Shown: piece after piece, positions 53,380 to 64,000 of the stretch | How positions within the stretch are numbered: the stretch's first letter is position 1 | Layout of the letters: each line of letters begins with the position of its first letter | NCBI GenBank assembly: GCA_021613535.1 | Contig: CP075496.1 | Coordinates: forward strand, 5,890,001 to 5,954,000 | Length of the DNA: 64,000 nt | From: Adineta vaga | Lineage: Eukaryota; Animalia; Rotifera | Direction: 5' to 3' | Position numbers and translations under genes: made by a program | The notes under the pieces: model-generated | What the model saw: only the letters and a program-made list of their open reading frames with translations | What the model was told of the DNA's origin: nothing | The model's database searches: none

Positions 53380-55626
53380 TGACGTTCTATATTTTTGGAC
53401 TTGAGTATGAAACGAATGAAGAGTTTAGATAATTAGAAAACGTTTTTATTTCTTCGCTAATTTTATTGCTATAACATATTGATATTGTATATATGCATTG
53501 ATCAATGAAAATGTTTTGTAAAAGACTAAGGGAAACGAAAATAAGATCGAAGAAAGTTCTTTCTTGTATTCTAAAACAAGAATCGGTTATGCTATTACTA
53601 AATATGTCGGTACAAAACTGAATGAATCGCTTTGTTGGTTGATGTTGATGACGACGGCGATGAGTTTTTTTATTGTTTGATTTATCTCTTTCTGACGCCA
53701 AGTAAGTAAATACGATAGAAAATGAAGACGGAAAGAAAACCATAGAAAGAGAGAAACAAACAGACAGGCAGAGAGAGAGAGAGAGAAAGAATCTTTGTCT
53801 TTCATTATATTATGAAAGCGGACATGAGGGAGGAGCCATACAACAAGCACACGCGAGATTTTCTACCATGGAATAATAGAGATAACAGGAAATAGCAACA
53901 AGAGTCAAGCATTTTTAGTAAGATTCATTATTTCAAGAAGTTCTTTTATCAGAACTAACGAAAAAAAAATCTTTTCATGAGTCTTCCATTCATATTTAGA
54001 AACTTTAGAATTCTTTTCATTGTATGAAACATTCTACGCATTTCCTGTATTCTAAATTCGTTAATTACACAGAAGTTTTCTTACTTACTATAATGTTGTA
54101 AACGTTTCATTATTCGATAAATGACTAGCTTAATTTTCTCTTTTCGTATGAAAATGACAAACGACAGAATACAATGAACTTTATTGAACGTGTTAAACGG
54201 AGCGTAGGATAATTTTTCGAGACGTCAATCGTTCACATCAAACCAAATAAATGATCATTCTGTAGAAGAAAATAACTATGGTAAAGAAAAACAGAAGGCA
54301 ATAGGACTCTAAGAGAAAGAAAAAAAAAGCGAAAAATCAGAGATATGACAAGTATTTCCTTCGTATTAGGACTGAAATCGTGTACTATATGTTTTTTAGT
54401 TAACTAGGCAAGCAGCGTACTCATCATGAAGAAAGAAAAAGACAGGCACTTCAACGTTTCCGTTCGACATGCGAATTCTAATTTTGACAAGAGAAGAATG
54501 ATAGAACTTTCATTATTAGTTTGCTTATTAAGTCTTGTACTCTCTTCTATTTTCTAGTTTTCATTAATAGAAATCAATAAAATTAACGAAGATAGACATA
54601 TAGACAGATAATATTACTCTTGAGAATTGCTTTTAAAAAGACATTTAGCTCGGAAAAAGAACGAAAGAATTTATATATGTAAACGAATTATAGGATCAGC
54701 TGGATTATCTAGTTGTATTTAAAGAACAGCATAGCAATAGGAAATATTCATAATAAGTTTTCTGTAATATATAGTTTAACGTATGAATTAAATGTCTCAA
54801 AAATTCCGATGACGTATTTGCTATTGAATAGTTTTATAATAATGTCAAATGTTTAGAAGATATTTCAAAGTGTTTACATTTGATTCGTCTTCATCGAATA
54901 ATTATTTAACCTTGTAGATTTTATTCGATTGTTAGTTTTACTTCTTTATATCATGAGCATGTTTGCCTTTCTTCATTTAATTTTTATACTTAATTAACTT
55001 TTTTCCGATTCCACCTGAGCACATTTTCGAGATTGTTTAATGAATTTTCTTATTTTTAAGAACTGTATCACGATTTTTTATGTTTTTGCATCATTAATGT
55101 TGTATCTTGAGTAGATAGAAAAGATTGTCATCTCATGGGATTAGATTGTTGTCATGTTAATTGATCTGTATCTTATGGATCGTTGATTCACAATGTTTTT
55201 CTATCTCCGATGTAAGATACTAATGTCAATGTAACCATTATAATGTATTCCAATGATTTGTATTAGAACAGTACTGTTTAATGAAAATCAATCATATAAT
55301 TCAAACGAACATGATCGTGCTATCAGTATTTTATTATAAAATAACAAGGAATTGAAATTTTTATAACTGCACTGTGCATCAACATTAATAGAGATATACA
55401 GATTGATTGGATATGATGCTAGATAATATATGTACTCTTTCACATTAAATGCTCGGATGAATTGATTATTTTTGTCTATTTTTGTCATTACTGTCTAAAT
55501 GCTAACGGAAGAGACTTTATCGGACAGAATTAATATTTTCATGTTATTACTTATATTCATTAATTCTCTATCATGCAAGTATCACTGATGATTTTCATTA
55601 CTATTGCATCAATAAATCAAAAACTG

Positions 55627-55905
55627 TCTGATCCACTTAATCATCAAAAAGCTATAAGCTTTGATAGAAATTAGGAGAAGATGCACCAACTAAATCTCGT
55701 TGACAGCCATTGGCAAACAAGGTCGTTTCCGTCAATTTCCGGAACGAAGATGGTGTGCTTCTGACCGAATGTCTGATTCGGCAGACATGATTGATGACTT
55801 CTGTTATACTTTACTTATCAAACAACTACGTGCTACTATCCTAGTATAACATCACAAAAAATCAACCTTGAAGTAATACCTCTTCACGAGCATGCTTCTG
55901 TCTAT
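55627..55905 (+). mobile_element. Decayed mariner (DD34D) transposase fragment
   Basis: Frame-broken translation SDPLNHQKA / GEDAPTKSR*QPLANKVVSVNFRNEDGVLLTECL / YTLLIKQLRATI / VIPLHEHASVY follows the mariner order YDP..., KVM..VFWD..G, Y...L..LR..I, LLHDNAPVH. Confidence 0.75.
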
Positions 55906-57042
55906 GATAGATACTATTTGTCAGATAAATGTTGCAGAACTAAATAGTTATGTCTATTTCCAAGTTAGTATGAACGATTTGTAAACGGCATTGAACTGAT
56001 TAAAAACAGTGATTTTACGGACACCTGATAATTCTTGTCTGTGAACATCTGTTTTCAATATAGATACGTGTATCTTACGGTACAGTATACAGTATCATTT
56101 ATCTAACACAGTTTTCTTACCGTTTTTTAGACATTTTTATTTTTGATTATTTCTTTATTCTGGTATTCTATTCCTCTAGTTTTTTTAAAATTTAAATTCT
56201 CATTTTATTTCAAATTATTTCTTTTATATTTGATTTATGCTGTTAATGTTCTTGAACAGAACAGTAAGTATCTATTGAAATAAAACCAAGTGGGTCATAG
56301 TTACTTGAAGATGAATAGGAACGTGCATCCTATTCTTCTTCCGTAGTCAGAACATCATAAGTGTGTAGCATAAGATTGATGTTACTGCGTATGTAGGATA
56401 TTTGAAAGAGAAGAAGACTTGTAAATGGATACGAAGTAGTACATTTGAAAAGCCAGTTAGTGCCTAAAATAAGAAGGTGATTGATAACAACTAAGTTATA
56501 TGGTGAAGAAAAACGAGATGATGTAGTATCATCAACAGGTACATTCATAACAACATTGACTGACAGAATGAGAAAAAAAAGGAATTTTTCGCCCAGAATA
56601 GTTATCGATTAATAAGTATCTAATGTGGTGACAAAAGATAGAGCATAAAGAAATAAAAGCTTGTCTTCAGGTATCTTTTATTTATTTTGATATGGAACTA
56701 ATTATCGACAAATATCTGAATAGCCATATACATATAAAAAAACATCCCCTCGGTAACGACTAACGATATTGAAAAATGAAAGAATTTTCTTTGATTTTTC
56801 ACAAGGAGAAACAATGTGATTTAATCACGGTCACAAAGATATACGGATCATAATACTGAGATAGGTAATACGTGCAAGCATAATCGTGTTGTTTTGACAA
56901 AATCAGCAAGTAGATGAAAAAATAGAAATGATTTATAATTTTTATTTCTTGTTTAGCTTCATAGGTTGGTTATGTGATGAATTTATCCAAGGACATAAAC
57001 AAGTAGAAGAAAAAAATCAATATTATGAAAACTTAATGAGCA

Positions 57043-57212
57043 TCCATGTCAAACAATACGGCACGGAAACGACGAGTTTTTCGTCATTCCGGTGATATTA
57101 TGAAAGCGGTATTCCCATCGGGAATTTTTCAGACAAAAGTCCGACCGATTCTTGCCGGAAAAAACAAGGAATTCACTGAGAGCTATCGGGAAAAGATGCA
57201 GAAAATTTTCGT
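57043..57212. repeat. Degenerate copy of a short GC-richer interspersed (MITE-like) repeat
   Basis: Abrupt GC rise (gtcaaacaatacggcacggaaacg...ttccggtgatattatgaaagcggtattcc). Resembles, from memory, a high-copy bdelloid repeat that yields spurious MEAVFRP-type ORFs. Confidence 0.55.
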
Positions 57213-57371
57213 TTGTATAACAAAATGTCTGATTACTCATAAATCTTGACCACATATGTTGCTAGTTGTAAAAGTGTTCTTTTATTTATATGGAGAAGGA
57301 AAATGAAAAAATGTCCGTAAACTACTACTTGGATATATCTCAAACATAAAAGAATCATCATAATAACAAAG

Positions 57372-59228
57372 TTAAGGATAGGATACATTATATGAAAGTT
57401 CGAATTCTTGTGAAAGTGGTTTTGGTGGATCAGGTATTAAGAAATCTTCTGGATTTTCTACATATCGACCACTTTTTCGCATAGAAGCCATAATATTTCC
57501 AATAGCATCCGAAAATTTTGTTGGTTCAATGCCTAAATCACGAATAGTTGGTAAACCTGGAGTAACTGTGTCCGAAACATAAGCCTATATAAATAGATTA
57601 TTTTATTTAGAAAAATAATAAGATAATGATAAAACTTACGCATTGCATACGATCAATATTGTATGGACTTTTATGAAAAAAGTAATTTCCTATTGCTTTC
57701 ACACTAAAAATAAACTATTTCAAAATAAACTTTCATATCTAAGATATACTTACAAAACGTCGGGTGTCAAAGGTGTTACAATACTTTTCCGACGCATATA
57801 TCGCAGACAATATTCGATTAATTCTCGTAATTGATAACGTTCAGGTCTATTAAGAATAGAAGACAGTAACGAGATTTGACTATTCATTAAATATTTACCC
57901 ATATATTTCATACGTTTGTCCAACACTCATTGGTTCTCGAATAGCTGCATAGATTGCATTTGATACATCGGTAACCTTGAAAATTTATCAACTTATTTAC
58001 CATTAACAGTTGAATAATCTACTTACATAAATAGGTGCTTTTACAGTCTTTTCTCCTGATGCATAAAGTGGAACTCGAAGAAAAGAAAATGGTCGAACCC
58101 CTTCAATAAAAATATTAACTTTAGAAATAGAATCAAATTATCCATAATGGTTTTACATCGAGAGAAATGATATGCAATAAAACCGTCATTATATTGATTT
58201 CCAAAGATAGCTGACGGGCGAAAAATTGTTGCATCAGGAAATTCTTCTCGAACAGCTAATTCACCAGCATACTGAAAACGAAAGAAATGCTTTCAGTTAC
58301 AAATTATCTTCTTATAATATTAATATTACTTTTGATTGAAGAAATCGTGATGGTTTTCGAACGATTATTGCTGGTGGATTAGGACTAGCATTTAAAGCTG
58401 AAAAATGAATGAGACGTTGCACACCACATTCACGTGATAATCGTGCTATTGATCGAGCTACTTTAACATGAACATCATCATATGAAAAATTTCTATTTAA
58501 ATAATGAAGAAAATAAAGAAATTAAACTGAACAGATAGATTTACCGAGTTTCACTTTGACGACCAATTAAATTGATAACAACATTTGAATGTTGTAGTGC
58601 ACGACGAATCGACGCTTCATCTTTACCATGAAAAGGCTATAAAGAAATTTAATGAATCTTTTAACAGATAGAATAAAACAGATTAATTCTATCATGACTA
58701 ACATCATCGAAATTTTTTATAAGATTAAATTTGAGAAAAGTATCGAATTTAGAATTCTCTATTACATACTGTAAACAAAATTTGACCGAGATCACCAAGT
58801 ACACGAAGTTCTCGTAATCCATAAACATCGCCACGATAAGGTACAATTACTTGTGAACCTTCTTTCGCTTGAAAAAGAAAACAAAAAGAAAGTTATCATT
58901 TCAAAACAAATTCTAATCATATAATACCGAGTCGATTCACTGTTGCACCTCCAACAAATCCTTGTGCACCAAAAACTGTTGCAACGATACCACTGAAACT
59001 TGATCGACCACCTCCACCACGTCTCATATCAGTTAAACGAAGTGATTTGACTTCATTCAAGCCCATATTAATGGGTAAATTATCTCCAACAAATGTCATC
59101 GATGTTGTTGGTTTTGTTGTTGATCGAATCGATGCATCATTGGATACATAAGCACAATCAATATGTAATGTGACTGCACGTAATTTCACTAATGAACGTT
59201 TACTTGTCTGTAAAGCCACCGTTGACAT
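57372..59228 (-). CDS. NDUFA9: NADH dehydrogenase (ubiquinone) 1 alpha subcomplex subunit 9
   Basis: Mitochondrial presequence; [23 protein letters not shown]; [10 protein letters not shown]; LGDLGQ; [10 protein letters not shown]; [19 protein letters not shown]. Confidence 0.95.
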
Positions 59229-59787
59229 TATCTACCGAAAAGAAGAAAAAGTCAGGTCTTCAATTTTTCTTTTTCAAATAGTCATTTCTACAGATCCATT
59301 TTCTTTTATATAATCAAGAAAACAAAACACAATAAAATCATACGACTGTACAGTGGAATGTGAATGGGTTAAGAAGAACAACATAAATTCCTTAACCAAA
59401 AAACAAAACAAAACAAAATAGAATAAAATAAAACCAGTTCATTCAATGAGATACACACCAACGTTTACAAAAATATCATCACTACCGGGTTTGTCTCTTT
59501 TGTTAATTTTTTTTATAAATTTTTTGCTTTCAAAAATAAAAACATTCTTTGTAAAGGTTTTTTCTTTAGTTAAAACAATACAAAGAAAAAGAATAGTATT
59601 ATAGACCGCACATATATTGTTTACATAGAGATCATTTAAGAAAATAAAATATTATATGATATATGAGGTCTTCTTTTTTTTTCTCACACCAATATAAATT
59701 TATATCTGTAAGGAAGATAAACGAAATGAAGAATACCTAACAATTGACAACCAATGAAAGAGAAAAGAAAATAGAACAAAAAATGGA

Positions 59788-62700
59788 TCATGAAGATGAT
59801 GATTGCAACGTTCTAGCATATTCGCTTAATGCTTGATAAACAAATTGATATTGATCATTCGTTTGAATCATTCCACCACGATCTCGGCGTAATTCACAAA
59901 GTATACGAACAATATCAATAATCTGTTCTTTATCAAGTTGTTTAATCCCATTACTCAATGCAATAAAACAACCAGTACGTCCAATACCAGCACTAGAATA
60001 AGAAAATTGATTAGATTTAATTAATATATTTCCGTTATGAAAACATCTTTGATGTCTTTTCTATAATGACAGGTTATTATATATATATATATAAATATCA
60101 TCAATTATTTTCATTCTCCTAGCGTCATTTCTTCATCATATCAACCTACGCTTCTCTCAACACATTAGGGATATAAATATAAAGACAGGCAAGGTCAACC
60201 GTTTAATTACTTAGTAATACAGTAGCATGATTAAAAGATGACAAATCTCATTGACTCTTATCCTTCATTATATTGTATTTAAATAATGATCTATAAAATG
60301 TTTTTAATCTAATATATTCCGTCGTTCTTTTTTTTCTCTATACATAGAAAACAAAAGTATACCTGCAATGAACAACAACAGGACCAGAAGATTTATTTAT
60401 ATTATTCAATTCTATTCGACTTTTTTCCACATTTTTCACAAGTTCAATTAATGTGTGTGATACATCCGGACAGGATTGATCAGGCCATGCTATTGAAAAG
60501 AATTAAATATTAAAAGCTCGAATATATTAAATTGTTATTTCTCTTACCAGTATACCAATAATGCTCCACTTCACGTTGTTCATTTTCAAACTAAATCAAA
60601 AGAATTCTATGATTAAAAATTGAAATAAGACAAATTCATACTTCAATTATCAATCGACGTATTTCATAATCCACTTGATAGGAAACTGATTTTACATGAA
60701 CTTGAAATGGGCCATATTGGTTACTCCGAGAATCTGGAATATATCTTTCACATTTTACCTGAATGAGATATATATATATATGAATGAACTAAATTTCAAA
60801 TTATTCTCTAATTTTACTTTATTTTTTTCAAATAAACGTGTTATCATAACAACGGCTGGTACATGTTCTTGCCAAATCATGCGATAGAAATCAGTAATAG
60901 TATTTGAAAGTGGACCTTGCGTAGCAATAAATGCATGAGATTCATTTGAATAACCTTTGACATAATTAGCATTGATATAGGATGAAAGTGGATCACCAGA
61001 TAATTCAGGTAGTTTTACTCGAGAATGTTCATCTTTTTAAAAATAAAAGAAGAAAATTAAGAAAAACGAAATTCATATGATAAGATAGTTTTACTAGCGA
61101 TGATTGTTCCATAACGATTCTTCGTACCAGCACCACATATTCGAAGTTTTTCAAGATGATTTGTCGGAATTGTCTGCATAATGATACGAAATCAAATGAG
61201 AAAAAAAGATGTTGATCACTTAACAATACTTACCCAAAATTCATGATAAAGTGATCGAGTATCTTGTGCGTGTTTATGCAATTCATCAACGGTTAATTTT
61301 CGTGTAGCTGTTAGTAGATATTCATCTGATGGACTAAAAAATATATATTACAACATAGAACTTCTATTGTAAATAAATAAATAAATAAAAAGCTTTAAAT
61401 TTACCAATCAGCTGGTGGACTATTGATTAAACGATGTTTCGGAGCTATAGATATCGTCAATGAATTATTTGAACCACGCCTAAATAAACAGAGATATATT
61501 TACAAATTTATTGAACAATAGATCGAAATCATAACACGTCTAATTTTATTTCTTATGACAACTGAAGCAGATGTTTCATTTCCTATCTGACATTTAAGAA
61601 AAAAGAAGCGTTTGTTCTTTTCAGAAATAACAGTTACAATCGCTTGACAAACTCTGTAAAACGTATAGCCTACCTTCTTTTAAATAACAATGATGCTGGT
61701 TTGCCCCAATAAGAACAACAAATAGTTGGTGATTCAACTTCCATAATTATACGTATATATCAATCTGTCAATCGATTTAATTTAATCTTCGAATATTATT
61801 CCATTTATAAAGGGAAAAACGTTTCTCTTCTCTGTCATGATAAACATATTTGAAATACTTTAATTACTCATATTGGACTCGAGATCAAAAAGAAAAGAAA
61901 TAGAAGATTTCGAGATATGATAATCTAAACATACTCCCTCATTAATACGATGAAAGAAAGCAAATGCAAAGAGCAGAAGGAACAGTGACATTTTTTTTTC
62001 TCTTTTTCTCTTTCTCTTTTTTTTATCTACGCTTTTTCATTTTCTTTTACATAACATGAGCAGTCAACGAGACGATAAAGAATAGATTTTTTTTCTACTT
62101 CTGTTTTTGTCACATCAACACAACTCCTCTTCATTTTTCTTCTTCTGATTAATATATCAAAAACTGAAGCATCGAATTTTAATCTGACAGGTATACTTAA
62201 AAAAAACTTCACCTTTTATCCGTAGATCGTAATATTAATTCAAAATCACCGGCAATCCTTTTATTAAACAATGCCTTTCATTGTATCCTCTTACGCTTTC
62301 TTTTCTCTCCATTACCTACAGGCAAAGAAAAACCGCCTACGTTCGTGAAGAAAAACCTCTTTACATTTAATAACTTTTTAAAGTGCATAGATTATTTTCT
62401 ATTACTTCTATTTGCTAAGTTTCTTTTTTAAAACCTATGTTTGAGATAAATAAGTATGTTTTGTTTATCTTATTTTTTTATCTCACCATGCTCAATAATA
62501 TACATAAACGGAGGGAAAACAATGAGTAAGTAAACACATTTGTAGGCGTAAGTAAAAACAAAAGAAAAAAAAATCATGTTCGCCTTCGTCAGCACCTATG
62601 ATTTGTACACATAACGTAGGCACATATTTTTCATCGCCTTTTTATTTCGCAGCTGCTTTATGATTCTCATCGAACGCCTCCGCTCGGTGTTTTTCTTTCA

Positions 62701-63283
62701 TTAGTTCGAAGGACAAAAGTCCAAAAAAACAGGTTACCTTTCCAGTAAATTTTTTTTTCGAAATTTTTTCGTTGCTGCTGCAGCTGTTGTTGTTGATGAT
62801 GACGATGATCCAGCTGTTGAATATGCATCTATATTAAATATATCTTTCTTAATTTCATTAGTTTCAATTGTTGGTAGGATTAATGATGGTGAACTTGGTT
62901 GAACTAATTTTGGTACAATTGGAAATAATTTAATTTCCTTTGGTCTTGGCGTTTTAACATTGATCACATTTGTTGAAAATGATGTTGACTCAGATATTTG
63001 AGATTTAAGTTTCGATGATTTTTGTTGTTTTGAACACCAAAAGATCTGATTTAAATCCGATTTGATTCAATGAAAGAGAAAACAAAATACTTACCACAGC
63101 TAAAAAGGTGACAAGCGCTGCTATAACAACGGTTCCGACTGATAAATAAACCAGATTTTTCGTCCAAAATAGAGCGGACCCGATATCATCTTGGTTAGCC
63201 GACTATAAATACAGAAAGAAAACAGGATGATTTCATTTATTATTCCAATGATCTACCTCACTGAACATGCATTCAATTGACAG
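59788..63283 (-). CDS. PTPRR: KIM-containing protein tyrosine phosphatase (PTPRR/STEP family) with one TM segment; 5' end may lie beyond this point
   Basis: TM LVYLSVGTVVIAALVTFLAVIFWC; KIM LLERRGSNNSLTISI; KNRY, YINANY, IATQGP, WPD, VHCSAGIGRTG, RGGMIQTNDQY. Confidence 0.9.
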
Positions 63284-64000
63284 CTGTCATTAACAAATAA
63301 ATATGATTTTTTTTGCTTTCTATTCTATATATGACATCAAGAATTCTTTTTTTTCCATCAACATAAGATCATCTTTCAAATAACAACACACTGCCTACTC
63401 ATCATTTCTTTCTTGAAAAAAAAGCAGATAGACATAAGTGTAGGGTTTTCATCCTTTTTCCCTCCGTCCTTCTTCTTTTTTTCAATGAACCATACACATT
63501 AATAGCACTTATTGTCCTATTCTATTTTTTTCTTCTTCTTCGTCTTTAGATTCTCAAAATAGATCGAAGAAAGAGAAGAAAGCAGTAGCAGCAATAGTAT
63601 AAAAAACGCGCTTATTATTTAAGAAGCATTTCATCAAGAAAATATGTGATCGAATATGACAATAATTTGAACCCACGCATGTAAGAAGAACTATGCTGTC
63701 AATAATAGATAGATGTGCGGAACAAAAAGAGAGAGAGAGAAAGAGAGAGAAAATATAAATATATACGCATAACAAGCCAAGTGTTTGTCATTATTTTAGC
63801 AAAAAGAAAAAGGATAAATAATGTTCGAAATAAAAATAAAACTTACATTGACTAAAAAATTCTCTATAGACAATAAAACAAAAAGAAACATTATATATAT
63901 TATGTTTTGTTATTCTAATGGAAAATATGTCTCATTATTTTTATTTGCTTCCATTGTGTCAACACGTTTGTTTCATGTATTAATTGACAACAATATTACT

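Noticed and set aside
57046-57255. Opposing 67-aa and 68-aa ORFs
   Set aside because: They coincide with the interspersed repeat.
7328-63283. A functional neural/sensory gene cluster (Pax, syntaxin, TRPA1, Msx, KChIP, PTPRR)
   Set aside because: These genes are interleaved with housekeeping genes on mixed strands; nothing in the sequence shows co-regulation.
1-64000. Horizontally acquired non-metazoan genes, CRISPR arrays, rRNA or tRNA
   Set aside because: All identified genes are intron-rich with ordinary animal homologs; no spacer arrays or structured RNA signatures were recognised by eye.

Overview
AT-rich, gene-dense animal genomic DNA with many ~50-60 bp GT-AG introns. It most resembles a bdelloid rotifer; this is inferred from intron size, composition and a recalled repeat, not proven. 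Most long ORFs in the track are single exons, so genes were rebuilt by hand from splice sites and reading phase. Gene order: unknown partial gene (+), STEEP1/CXorf56 (-), ~4.7 kb microsatellite-rich non-coding region, paired-domain-only Pax (+), trypsin-like protease (+), syntaxin-1 (-), SCPx/DAF-22-type thiolase (+), divergent syntaxin paralog (-), DIPK2A (-), two tandem TRPA1 (+), two tandem Msx (+), hnRNP A/B (-), ZAD-like C2H2 zinc finger (-), CDC73 (+), a decayed gene remnant, KChIP (-), transposon debris, NDUFA9 (-), KIM-type PTP (-). Highlights: (1) syntaxin-1 has two adjacent pairs of mutually exclusive Habc exons plus three alternative transmembrane exons, up to 12 isoforms; (2) patchy sequence homogenisation, consistent with gene conversion, between the tandem TRPA1 genes and between the tandem Msx genes, with frameshifts in TRPA1 copy 1; (3) a KChIP with no canonical EF-hand; (4) an alternative first exon that rewrites half of the MAPK-docking KIM of the PTP; (5) a PTS1 signal and an RNP1 motif each carried on a tiny exon. 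No prokaryotic-type features, rRNA, tRNA or CRISPR were seen. All calls are by eye, without database searches.
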